Origin: Flavobacteriaceae bacterium
GTDB lineage: Bacteria > Bacteroidota > Bacteroidia > Flavobacteriales > Flavobacteriaceae
Assembly (NCBI GenBank): GCA_024643385.1
Contig: JAHEMZ010000007.1
Location: 1,341-65,340 of the forward strand
Length of the DNA: 64,000 nucleotides
Reading direction: 5' to 3'
The notes under the pieces were generated by a model. That model made no database searches. It saw only the letters and a list, made by a program, of their open reading frames with translations, and had not been told where the DNA came from. Position numbers and translations under genes: made by a program. Of the stretch, positions 9,988 through 19,168 are shown piece by piece (positions within the stretch are counted from its first letter, which is position 1; each line of letters starts with the position of its first letter).

Positions 9988-11084
9988 TCTCCTTCCTAGA
10001 CCTTCATAAAATAAACGCCCGGCACGAAAATTCGTTCAAGGAATTGTTTCAAGAGTTTTTGGATTCGGGCTATTATATCTTAGGGAATAGTGTGCGCACC
10101 TTTGAAAGTGCTTTTGCGAATTATTGCGGCGTGAGGCATTGTATTGGCGTGGGGAATGGTTTGGATGCGCTGAGATTGATTCTGGAAGGTTATAAGGTGT
10201 TAGGGAAACTGGCGGATGGTGACGAGGTGTTGGTAGCTTCCAACACCTATATAGCTACGATTCTTGCCATTCAGCAGGCAGGATTGACACCTATATTGAT
10301 CGAAGGCGAAGACACCCTTTTTAATTTTGATCTAAACGCCATAGCAGCAGCCTCTTCCGGGAAAACAAAAGCCATCATGCCGGTTCATTTGTATGGGCAG
10401 TTAGCACCCATGGAGGAGATCAATTCGATGGCACTCAAGAACAACTGGCTGGTGATAGAAGATGCGGCTCAAGGGCATGGAGCGGCGCATTCGGATGGAA
10501 AGAAAGCAGGTAATCTGGGAGATGCCGCCGGATTTAGTTTTTATCCCACCAAAAATTTAGGTGCCTTGGGAGATGCAGGAGCCATCACCACCAATGATGA
10601 AGCCTTAGCGACGATAGTGCGAAAACTTCGGAATTATGGTACTTCATCTAAATATGTGAACGATGAATTAGGATTTAATTCACGCTTGGATGAGCTTCAG
10701 GCCGTTTTCTTATTGGCCAAGCTTCCTACACTGGATAAAGATAATGACCTTAGAAGAGCCATTGCCTCCCGTTACCTGAATGAGATCAGGAATGATAGGA
10801 TCAAACTGCCCTTTTATAATGGCAGCCTGGATCATATCTTTCATCTTTTTGTGGTACAGGTGGAAGATCGAAGCAACTTTTTAAAACATTTGGAAGCCAA
10901 CCAAATTGGTTATTTGATCCATTATCCTATTCCCCCGCATAAGCAAAAGGCACTGCGGGAATTTTCGAACTTATCCTTTCCTGTAACGGAAAGGATACAT
11001 GAACAGGTGGTGAGTATTCCCATCAGTCCTGTAATGTCCTCTGATGAGATTTCAGAGGTAATCGCTGTTGTAAATCAGTACTAA
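9984..11084 (+). CDS. DegT/DnrJ/EryC1/StrS-family PLP-dependent sugar aminotransferase (FdtB/QdtB/WecE-like)
   Basis: 366 aa. Motifs: [42 protein letters not shown] (PLP-lysine region) and [11 protein letters not shown]. Confidence 0.88.
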   Translation: MISFLDLHKINARHENSFKELFQEFLDSGYYILGNSVRTFESAFANYCGVRHCIGVGNGLDALRLILEGYKVLGKLADGDEVLVASNTYIATILAIQQAGLTPILIEGEDTLFNFDLNAIAAASSGKTKAIMPVHLYGQLAPMEEINSMALKNNWLVIEDAAQGHGAAHSDGKKAGNLGDAAGFSFYPTKNLGALGDAGAITTNDEALATIVRKLRNYGTSSKYVNDELGFNSRLDELQAVFLLAKLPTLDKDNDLRRAIASRYLNEIRNDRIKLPFYNGSLDHIFHLFVVQVEDRSNFLKHLEANQIGYLIHYPIPPHKQKALREFSNLSFPVTERIHEQVVSIPISPVMSSDEISEVIAVVNQY

Positions 11085-12380
11085 TTGAAGATACCAAGGT
11101 TCATTGCTGAAAATTCCCTTTTAAAGATGACCTCTTTAAATGCGCCGGTGATTGTCGTTCGGCAGGTTATTTCTTTGTTCATACGCAGAGTGATCGCCGA
11201 GAATTTTGGGGAATCCGGTATTTTTCTTCAAGGTCAGTTGCGTAGTTTGGTGCAATTACTTACTTCCTTCACTTCTCTGGGAATTTTCAACGGAGTAGTT
11301 AAATATATTTCAGAATTCCGCAAAGAAGAAGAGAAATTAAACCAACTTTTCTCAACCACTTTTGTTTTTACTGCCATAGGTAGTATAATTAGCTCGATCG
11401 TCCTGTTATTCTGGAGTACTTCATTAAGCGTTTATTTATTTAATGACCCAGGTTATAGGTATCTCATACAGTTGATGGCGATCATTGTACCTTTTGTCAG
11501 CCTGCAACGGGTTTTTAATGGGGTGATCAACGGACTCTCTCAGTACAAGAAATTTGCCAAGATCGACCTGATCAGTTATTTACTCAGCTCATCTTTGACC
11601 ATTCTTTTCTTATATCTGGACAATTTTGATGGAGTACTGATTTCCATTGCGGTGACTCCCTTTATTCAGCTGGTCATTCTACTCTGGGTTTTTTATGGTG
11701 TACTCAAGGATTATATTCAATTTAAGGATCTAAAATTCAAGGCTCCCATGGCGAAACTGTTTGTAGCTTTCTCCATGATGTCCTTTTTCTCGACGGTCGT
11801 TCTTAGTACCGTGGAAATTGAAATACGAAATTTGATTTTGCGCCGTATCTCCGAAAATGACGCGGGTATTTGGTCGGCCATGTTGGATCTCTCTAAAAAC
11901 TATATGTCGTTTTCTGCCATTCTTTTCACCATGTATGTGATTCCGAAGTTTGCTATAGTGAATGAACGAAAGGAATTTTTCAAAGAGATGGGAGTGGTCT
12001 ATAAAACCATTATACCAATGTTCGGAGCGGGAATGTTATTTGTTTATTTTTTCAGAGATTTTATCATCGACTTGATCTTTCCGGGTTTTGATGAAATGTC
12101 AGGCCTTTTTAAATGGCAACTCTTAGGTGATTTTATCAGGTTGATCGGAATGGTGCTTTCCTATTATTTCATTTCTAAAAAACTGGTGTACCATTTTGTA
12201 TTTACGGAAATTCTCTCGATTGGATTATTTTATCTTTTTGCGCACTTATTTATCGATACTTACGGTGTGGAAGGTGTTGTGATCGGTCACCTTATACGTT
12301 ATATCGTGTATCTTATAGTGGTTTTCGCCTTAGTGCTTCATTACGTTAATAAATCTTCTAAGAAAAAAGACACCGCCTAA
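11085..12380 (+). CDS. wzxE: WzxE-like (lipid III-type) oligosaccharide flippase, MOP superfamily
   Basis: 431 aa, polytopic. GIFNGVVKYISEF matches E. coli WzxE GIFNGVTKYVAQY. FKWQLLGDFIRLIGMVLSYYFISK...LFYLFAHLFI matches FAWQLVGDVLKVGAYVFGYLVIAK...LMVFAHWLI. A TTG start at 11085 is assumed because the alignment to WzxE extends upstream of the first ATG at 11127. Confidence 0.7.
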   Translation: MKIPRFIAENSLLKMTSLNAPVIVVRQVISLFIRRVIAENFGESGIFLQGQLRSLVQLLTSFTSLGIFNGVVKYISEFRKEEEKLNQLFSTTFVFTAIGSIISSIVLLFWSTSLSVYLFNDPGYRYLIQLMAIIVPFVSLQRVFNGVINGLSQYKKFAKIDLISYLLSSSLTILFLYLDNFDGVLISIAVTPFIQLVILLWVFYGVLKDYIQFKDLKFKAPMAKLFVAFSMMSFFSTVVLSTVEIEIRNLILRRISENDAGIWSAMLDLSKNYMSFSAILFTMYVIPKFAIVNERKEFFKEMGVVYKTIIPMFGAGMLFVYFFRDFIIDLIFPGFDEMSGLFKWQLLGDFIRLIGMVLSYYFISKKLVYHFVFTEILSIGLFYLFAHLFIDTYGVEGVVIGHLIRYIVYLIVVFALVLHYVNKSSKKKDTA

Positions 12381-13855
12381 TGGAACAGGGGCAATCTTTT
12401 AAGCAAATATTAAAAGCCACCTCCTTATTTGGAGGAGTACAGGTTTTCAATATCCTTATTTCGATGGTTCGTTCCAAGTTCATTGCACTTTTTATCGGTC
12501 CTTTAGGAATGGGGATATCCAGCCTGCTATTGGCAACGATAGGAGTATTGAATGCCCTCACTAATTTAGGGCTGGAGCGAAGTGCTGTAAAGGAAATTTC
12601 ATTTTCCAAGGAAAATAAATCAGAGCATTCCATCGAACGTTCGGTGGGCGTTTTAGAACGGTTGGTTTCGATTACCTCTATCGTTGGAACTTTTATAATG
12701 ATCTTGGCATCACCCTTATTAAGCAAGATCGCCTTTGGGAATTATGATTATATTCTGCATATTGGAGCGGTCTCTGCCGCCCTCTTTTTTACACAACTCA
12801 CCCAAGGAAAGCTTGCTATACTTCAAGGTTTGAGGCAATTGCAAGGATTGGCCAAAGCAAATTTATGGGGTAATTTTATCGGACTGCTGATCACGGTACC
12901 CCTCTATTATTATTTTAGGATCGATGCCATCGTTCCGGCGATCATTCTGGCTGCTGCCTTGAGCTTTGTGATCACCTTCTATTACAATCGGCTGCATGGG
13001 GTAACTCATGAACGACTTTCTGCCAAAGAGGCATTTGCCTATGGGAAACCCATGATCCATTTGGGGATCATGCTTAGCCTTAGCAGTATCATCACTTTAA
13101 TAGTGGCTTATATTATTCAAGTTTTTATCAGTTCTTCAGGGGGATTAAATGAAGTGGGCTTGTACAATGCCGGATTTCTTATCATGAATACCTACGTAGG
13201 GCTGGTCTTCACGGCGATGGGAACTGATTATTTTCCCAGACTCTCTGCCATTGCTAATGATGTAGAGAAAACCAATAAAGCGGTTTTTGAACAAGCATAC
13301 ATAGCAGTACTGCTTATTGTACCGATCATCACTATTTTTTTGGCTTTTGCGCCTCAATTTATTGAGATCCTTTACTCAAAAGCATTTGCTCCCATTGTTG
13401 GATTTGTATCTTGGGGAATTTTAGGGATGTTGTTCAAAGCCGTGTCATTTTCCATGGGCTATATCTTAATTGCCAAAGGAGATTCCAAACTCTTTATTAG
13501 AACGGCCATCGGGTTCAATGCTCTGCTCCTAATTGCCAATGTGATCGGATATACCTACGGAGGGTTAAATGGATTGGGAATTAGCTTTTTTCTCTATTAT
13601 ATCGTACATTATGTTGTCTTGCATTTGCTCACCCGTAAAGTCTATGAATTTAGATTCGACAGTAGTTTTTATCCTGTTTTTCTAACGAGTATTTTAATCT
13701 GTGCTTTAGCATATGTCTCCTCTCAATGGAATTATATTTTAGGGAGATATCTGGTAATGGCTGTGTTAATTATAATTTCTTGCCTATTTTCGTTGTACTT
13801 TTTGGATAAAAAAATAGATGTTAAACAAACCCTGAAGAAGTTATTGAAACGATAA
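12380..13855 (+). CDS. second MOP-superfamily polysaccharide flippase (Wzx/RfbX-like)
   Basis: 491 aa with about 12-14 hydrophobic segments. The N-terminal KATSLFGGVQVFNILISMVRSKFIALFIGPLGMG is typical of polysaccharide-biosynthesis flippases. Its ATG overlaps the upstream stop (TAATG at 12378-12382). Confidence 0.7.
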   Translation: MEQGQSFKQILKATSLFGGVQVFNILISMVRSKFIALFIGPLGMGISSLLLATIGVLNALTNLGLERSAVKEISFSKENKSEHSIERSVGVLERLVSITSIVGTFIMILASPLLSKIAFGNYDYILHIGAVSAALFFTQLTQGKLAILQGLRQLQGLAKANLWGNFIGLLITVPLYYYFRIDAIVPAIILAAALSFVITFYYNRLHGVTHERLSAKEAFAYGKPMIHLGIMLSLSSIITLIVAYIIQVFISSSGGLNEVGLYNAGFLIMNTYVGLVFTAMGTDYFPRLSAIANDVEKTNKAVFEQAYIAVLLIVPIITIFLAFAPQFIEILYSKAFAPIVGFVSWGILGMLFKAVSFSMGYILIAKGDSKLFIRTAIGFNALLLIANVIGYTYGGLNGLGISFFLYYIVHYVVLHLLTRKVYEFRFDSSFYPVFLTSILICALAYVSSQWNYILGRYLVMAVLIIISCLFSLYFLDKKIDVKQTLKKLLKR

Positions 13856-13857
13856 AT

Positions 13858-14607
13858 ATGGATAGGCTTCGCGCATCATATCATTCTTGGAAGCAGTGGG
13901 CAAAACTCTTTTGGGCGATCAATTGGTGGAAGACCTGGTATTTCAATTATAAAAAGTTTCCTTTTTCCACCGCGATCAAGTTACCCGTAATGTTCTACGG
14001 AAGCGTGAAGTTCGGTTCCATATCGGGAAGTATTATCATCGACGCACCAATCAAGAAGGGAATGATTGGTTTTGGTCAGCCCTATGAATTGGTCACTCGT
14101 TCCAAAGGAACCGCAGAGCTTTACCTGCAAGGAACGATCTGCTTTAAAGGGTATGCGCAATTTGGTAAAGATTATTTTATACATGTGGATTCGGATGCCT
14201 ATTTAGAAATGGGACATATGGCCTCAATGGCTTCTGACGGCAAAATTATTTGCAAGGAAAAAATGTTGTTGGGTACCTATGCACGGATTGGATCTGAGGC
14301 GCAACTCTTGGACACGAACTTCCACCAGATGTACGATACCCAAACCGGCGAAAAATATCCTATCACCGGGACGATTCATATAGGTGACTATAATTTTATC
14401 AGTAATCGCGTAACCATCATGCAGGGTACATATACCCCTGATCATTGTACCATTGCTTCCAATACGTTATGTAATAAAGATTATTCAACACTAGGTTCCA
14501 ACATTTTGATCGGCGGAATTCCCGCCAAATTGTTAAAAAGTAATATTTCCAGAGACTGGGAAGGGGAGCAGGCGCTAATGGAGAAATATTTAATCTTATT
14601 TAAATAG
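13858..14607 (+). CDS. left-handed beta-helix (hexapeptide-repeat) acyltransferase
   Basis: 249 aa. The C-terminal half has hexapeptide-like repeats (IHIGDYNFISNRVTIMQG...CTIASNTLC...GSNILIGGIPAKLLK), as in WcaF/LacA-type O-acetyltransferases. Confidence 0.6.
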   Translation: MDRLRASYHSWKQWAKLFWAINWWKTWYFNYKKFPFSTAIKLPVMFYGSVKFGSISGSIIIDAPIKKGMIGFGQPYELVTRSKGTAELYLQGTICFKGYAQFGKDYFIHVDSDAYLEMGHMASMASDGKIICKEKMLLGTYARIGSEAQLLDTNFHQMYDTQTGEKYPITGTIHIGDYNFISNRVTIMQGTYTPDHCTIASNTLCNKDYSTLGSNILIGGIPAKLLKSNISRDWEGEQALMEKYLILFK

Positions 14608-15745
14608 AACCGCGATCCCAAACTTGCAGATAGCGCCGCGCAATCTCAATATAGTGATGTTCTTTTTCTATAAAATCTCTGGCATTTTGTGCTATTTCTG
14701 CCAGCTGATCAGGCTCTTCAATTAGTCGGGATAGCTTTTCAACGAGTGCTTCCACATCCGGCACCGCATTAATGGCCACTTTATTTTCTTTCAGCAGATA
14801 CCATTGTAGCCATTCCGTTTCAGCCCCGGTGAATACCACTTTTCCTTTTGCCATCGCTTCCAAGGCATTATATCCCTGATCAAAACCCAGCACCTGATCC
14901 ATGAGAATATGCGCTTGATCATAGGCCTTGATATATTCAAGGTAAGGAACATCTGTGGTGGTAATTACCTTCACTTTTTCATTGAATTTATTTTGTATTA
15001 CAGCAAGTGCCTCCTCGAAATAATCGCTTCCTTTTTTATAAAAATTCTGTCGGTTGATTCCGTGAAAAATGATAATAGGATCTGAAACGGTTAAAGGAAT
15101 GAATTCGATCTTGTCCACATTGATAGGATTCGGAATGAGTCCTAGATATTTTGGATGCCCTTCCATCGGAATGTGATAATCTATGTCGGAAGCAATCACT
15201 CCTTCTACCAAATCAAACACTTCCTCATGTAATCTTTTAAAGGCAGGTTTCAGGTATTTCAATACAGGTTCGAAATCCTTCTTAGTTACTTTATTTTCAA
15301 ATAAGGGGTTTAGTATGGAATAACGAAACCTTTTTTCAAAAGCATATTTAACGCTAATATGATCTGTGCCGCAGGAGAGGAGATATAATTTTGAATTGTT
15401 CTTGCTCAGAAACCGCACGAGCTCTAGTTCATCCTTTGCGGCAATTCCGAACGGACTCTCATTGATAAGTTGAACTATATCATAACCTTGTAGCTCCTCA
15501 CTGTGCTGATAAAACTGCTTTTTGATGGAAATGGACGCTAAATCTATATTGAAAAGGCCATAAATCAGATTCTTCCATAATTTAGAAATTCCGGAGGTAT
15601 ACGTACGGTGAAGCTTGATATCAACAGGAAAATCCTTAAAGTAATCCCCACATCCAATGAGTGTGACTTCATGCCCCAAGGCAAGTAAACCTTCTTTAAG
15701 TGAATTGTGCAGCCTACTATATTCGCCTACTAAAAGTATCTTCAT
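14600..15745 (-). CDS. GT-B fold glycosyltransferase (GT4-like)
   Basis: 381 aa. N-terminal MKILLVGEYSRLHNSLKEGLLALGHEV and C-terminal GFDQGYNALEAMAKGKVVFTG resemble the GT-B EX7E region. It is the only minus-strand gene in this part of the locus, and its 3' end overlaps 13858-14607 by 8 nt. Confidence 0.6.
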   Translation of the reverse strand: MKILLVGEYSRLHNSLKEGLLALGHEVTLIGCGDYFKDFPVDIKLHRTYTSGISKLWKNLIYGLFNIDLASISIKKQFYQHSEELQGYDIVQLINESPFGIAAKDELELVRFLSKNNSKLYLLSCGTDHISVKYAFEKRFRYSILNPLFENKVTKKDFEPVLKYLKPAFKRLHEEVFDLVEGVIASDIDYHIPMEGHPKYLGLIPNPINVDKIEFIPLTVSDPIIIFHGINRQNFYKKGSDYFEEALAVIQNKFNEKVKVITTTDVPYLEYIKAYDQAHILMDQVLGFDQGYNALEAMAKGKVVFTGAETEWLQWYLLKENKVAINAVPDVEALVEKLSRLIEEPDQLAEIAQNARDFIEKEHHYIEIARRYLQVWDRGSI

Positions 15746-15775
15746 ATCTTTGTTCAGACCACTAAGGTAGCCTAT

Positions 15776-16882
15776 TTGAACGAAGTTAAAAATAACAAAG
15801 TTTGCTTAGTTTCCATTTCCCTCGGAAAAGGAGGGGCGGAACGTTCTGTTTCGATCCAGTCTAGAATGCTTACACTGGCGGGTTTTGATGTGACTTTGGC
15901 GATCTTGAACGACCGGATCGATTACCCTTTTGAGGGGGAACTTTTTAATTTAGGAACACTTAAAAAGACTAAGGACAATTGGTTTGCCCGGTTAAATCGA
16001 TTTAGGAAATTTCGTCGTTTTCTGGTGCAACAAAGATTCAATTATATCATTGACCATCGCTCCAAGAATGATTATTACCGCGAGTTATTTTATAAGAAAT
16101 TTCTATATAAAGACTTTCAGACGATCTATGTGTCACACAGTTCGAATGTTCCTTTATACCTCACTCAATTTCCGGAGAAATTCAGTAAACTATGTCGGTC
16201 AAATATGGCCAACGTAGCTGTTTCTCATTACATCGAAAGCCAAGTCTTAAAAAGGTATCAATTTACCGATACGGTAACTATTCCTAATGCCTTTGATGAG
16301 AACTGGCCGGACCACGGAAATTCACCCCTTCCGGAATCACTCACGACTCGTAAATATATTTTGTGGTATGGGCGAATGGTCGACGAGATTAAGGATATTA
16401 CTTTTCTGCTCAATGCCTTTGAAGCATCCCGGTTATGGGAAAAAGGATTCGATCTTGTATTGATGGGCGAGGGGCCCGATAAGACTTCATTACAACAAAA
16501 AGCGTTGGCACTGCGATCATCGGAATACATTCAATTTTTACCCTATACCAGTCCGCCGGATGCCATTATTCGGCAGGCTTATTTTGTTGTACTGTGCAGC
16601 GTGTTCGAAGGATTTCCGATGGTGCTCATCGAAGCGTTATCGTTGGGAGTCCCCGTAGTTTCATTAGATATCGTTTCCGGACCGTCGGAGGTTATTAAAC
16701 ATGGAGTGAATGGGATGTTGATCAAGGAAAGAAACATTGAAAAATTTGCAAAAGCACTTACAGAAATGTGGACGAATGAAAATTTATATCGAACTTGCCG
16801 TGAAAATGCTAAAGCCTCTGTGCAACCATTTTCTATGACTGAAATTGCTAAACTTTGGAAAAACCTGTTAAAGCATGAGTAA
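15776..16882 (+). CDS. glycosyltransferase family 4 (GT-B)
   Basis: 368 aa. Motifs: LGKGGAERSV, VFEGFPMVLIEALSLGVPVVSLDIVSGPSEVIKHGVNGMLI. A TTG start at 15776 is implied. Confidence 0.8.
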   Translation: MNEVKNNKVCLVSISLGKGGAERSVSIQSRMLTLAGFDVTLAILNDRIDYPFEGELFNLGTLKKTKDNWFARLNRFRKFRRFLVQQRFNYIIDHRSKNDYYRELFYKKFLYKDFQTIYVSHSSNVPLYLTQFPEKFSKLCRSNMANVAVSHYIESQVLKRYQFTDTVTIPNAFDENWPDHGNSPLPESLTTRKYILWYGRMVDEIKDITFLLNAFEASRLWEKGFDLVLMGEGPDKTSLQQKALALRSSEYIQFLPYTSPPDAIIRQAYFVVLCSVFEGFPMVLIEALSLGVPVVSLDIVSGPSEVIKHGVNGMLIKERNIEKFAKALTEMWTNENLYRTCRENAKASVQPFSMTEIAKLWKNLLKHE

Positions 16883-17300
16883 AACAACGCTTCAACAAAT
16901 CGAATTACTGGACATCCCAAAAATAGAGGATCCTCGGGGTAATCTTTCTGTGGTGGAAAAAGAAACCTTGCCTTATCCTATTAAACGCGTTTATTATTTA
17001 TATGATGTTCCGAGTAATTCTGCACGCGGAGGTCATGCGCACATAGAACAGAGCGAGTGTTTGATCGCACTTAGCGGGAGCTTTTCCGTAGTATTGGACG
17101 ATGGTTTTGAAAAGAAATCCTTTTTGTTGAATAAACCCAATAAAGCCCTACTGATTCCGACAGGAATTTGGCGAGAGTTAGAAGACTTTTCTTCCGGAGC
17201 CGTTTGTTTGGTCTTGTCGTCAGGTGAGTTTCTGGAAAGGGATTATATCAGAAGCTATGATGAATTTTTAGCTCTAAAAGGACGTAGCTCGAACACCTAG
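16875..17300 (+). CDS. dTDP-4-dehydro-6-deoxyhexose 3,4-ketoisomerase (FdtA/QdtA, WxcM-like cupin)
   Basis: 141 aa. IEDPRGNLSVVE...PIKRVYYLYDVPSNSARGGHAHIEQSECLIALSGSF is the characteristic FdtA-family sequence. Confidence 0.8.
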   Translation: MSKTTLQQIELLDIPKIEDPRGNLSVVEKETLPYPIKRVYYLYDVPSNSARGGHAHIEQSECLIALSGSFSVVLDDGFEKKSFLLNKPNKALLIPTGIWRELEDFSSGAVCLVLSSGEFLERDYIRSYDEFLALKGRSSNT

Positions 17301-18227
17301 TAGCTCCAATCGTTTTTTTACCAACAATGCAAATTTCAGTCCCCAAACCGGTAAGGCTGAAAGCCATCTTTGTTTTAGGCTTAGGTGATTGATGTCTAAT
17401 TTTTGGAAATATGTGCGAAAGGTTGAAATATCTCCCGCATATTTATATTGTAAGGCGATCGAGTAGCGGTTGAGGTCCAGGTATTTTTTTAGATGGATGT
17501 TTTCCTTCGCTTTTTCTTCATATCGATCCAAATCCATAAAATTCCTCCTAAGCGTTGGAGCATGTGAAATGCGATTGCTTCCTTGTAAATTGTGAGTGGC
17601 AGAAACTCGGGTGGTAAACACCAAGGGGGAGACGAGCGCAGCCCTTAACCACAGATCGGTATCTTCCCCTGCACCCATGGTGATGTCCGTGTCGAAGCCA
17701 TTCAGTGATCGAAAAAAGGTTTTCCTAAAACATACTGCGGAAGTCCATGCCAGACAATCAAGGAGGGAATGTTCAAAGAAATTAGTTACTTCACCCTGCC
17801 AATTTGGACCCTTTTGCATGATAGGTGAATTTAAAGGTCGAACTAATTTGCGGGTGAACCGTTTTTCATAGGCGGTGGCAAACCAGGAGCCATTCGGAAA
17901 TTTTACGATCAATTCCTGCAGATCCTCCAAATGGAATGGGTGCCAAAAATCGTCGGCATCCAAAAATACAATATAGGCACTCCGCGCCTGATCCACCCCA
18001 AAATTGCGGGTGGGAGCCACGCCTTCATTTTTCTTGGTGAAAATACGGAGCCGGGGATCTTGAAATTGCTGAACGATTTTTAAGCTTTCATCGGTTGAGC
18101 CATCATCGACAACGACTATCTCGAAGGAATCAAAGGTTTGCCTCTTCAAAGTTTGAAGGGTTTGAGCAATATCCTTTTCCTTATTGTATAAGGGAATTAC
18201 GACCGTGAAAAAAGGAACTCCATTCAT
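17274..18227 (-). CDS. glycosyltransferase family 2
   Basis: 317 aa. Motifs: FTVVIPLYNKEKDI, IVVVDDGSTDES, VFLDADDFW (GT-A DXD). Confidence 0.85.
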   Translation of the reverse strand: MNGVPFFTVVIPLYNKEKDIAQTLQTLKRQTFDSFEIVVVDDGSTDESLKIVQQFQDPRLRIFTKKNEGVAPTRNFGVDQARSAYIVFLDADDFWHPFHLEDLQELIVKFPNGSWFATAYEKRFTRKLVRPLNSPIMQKGPNWQGEVTNFFEHSLLDCLAWTSAVCFRKTFFRSLNGFDTDITMGAGEDTDLWLRAALVSPLVFTTRVSATHNLQGSNRISHAPTLRRNFMDLDRYEEKAKENIHLKKYLDLNRYSIALQYKYAGDISTFRTYFQKLDINHLSLKQRWLSALPVWGLKFALLVKKRLELLGVRATSF

Positions 18228-19096
18228 GATTTCAATCGGGTATAGTGGTACAATTTGAACAAGTCAAAACAGAATAGATTCGGTCTTTCCGATAATAGGT
18301 TTTTTTGGAATCTACCTATGAATGGCTCGATCAAAAATAAAAACAGGGATCTCAATCGCCATTTCTTTAATTTCTCGTATGCCTTTTGAAGGGAAGTGAA
18401 ACTCGGCGGAATATTTCCCTTCGATTCCTGTTCGATCAAAGTTTCGACGGCGAGAATCGACTTGTTCATAAACACTGAATTTTCTTCCAATCCTAAATGA
18501 TATACGGGGTTATCTATGTGTTTTATTTTCGCTCCTTTTTCCTTCAGTTGAAATGAAAAGACATTGTCCATGCCATAACGATTATCCAAGGATGGATTGA
18601 TGGCGAGAAAGAGTTCCTTGCGGATCCAGATATTGGGCGATGCAACAAAATAAGGATTTCTGTTTCGATCGGCCGCAGTTTTTGCTTCCCGATCTTTCCC
18701 GTAAGTCCATCGCAGTAGCTTATCCCGATGGGGTGGATCCGGTGTATAACAAATCCCACCAACGATGAGATCTACTTCCTGATCTTCATCGATATAATTT
18801 TTTAGGAAAAGATCCGATACAGGCATCACATCGGCATCCAAGAACAATAATTTGTCATACTTCGCGCTTAAGGCCAATTGCTGTCGTGTATAGGTCCTTC
18901 CCTTGTTGGTACTGCTTTTAAAATATCGGGTATTAGGAAATAATTCCAAGGATTCATTTGCTTCGTGAATTTTGTTGGAAGCATCATCCCAAATCAAGAT
19001 CTCATAGACTTGGTCCAAGGTTCTCGCATCCTTGGAAAGAATTTCAACCAAAGGCTTGACATCGTAATTATAGCTGGGTATGAGTATAGAAATCAT
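18224..19096 (-). CDS. glycosyltransferase family 2
   Basis: 290 aa. Motifs: ISILIPSYNYD, ILIWDDASN, LLFLDADVMP. Its start region overlaps the downstream GT2 gene by 4 nt. Confidence 0.8.
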   Translation of the reverse strand: MISILIPSYNYDVKPLVEILSKDARTLDQVYEILIWDDASNKIHEANESLELFPNTRYFKSSTNKGRTYTRQQLALSAKYDKLLFLDADVMPVSDLFLKNYIDEDQEVDLIVGGICYTPDPPHRDKLLRWTYGKDREAKTAADRNRNPYFVASPNIWIRKELFLAINPSLDNRYGMDNVFSFQLKEKGAKIKHIDNPVYHLGLEENSVFMNKSILAVETLIEQESKGNIPPSFTSLQKAYEKLKKWRLRSLFLFLIEPFIGRFQKNLLSERPNLFCFDLFKLYHYTRLKS

Positions 19097-19168
19097 TTTG
19101 CTGCTTCTCGTTGCTAAATTACGATTTTACCCACTGGCTACCGCTAATTTTTTTCTTACTTTAGAAGG

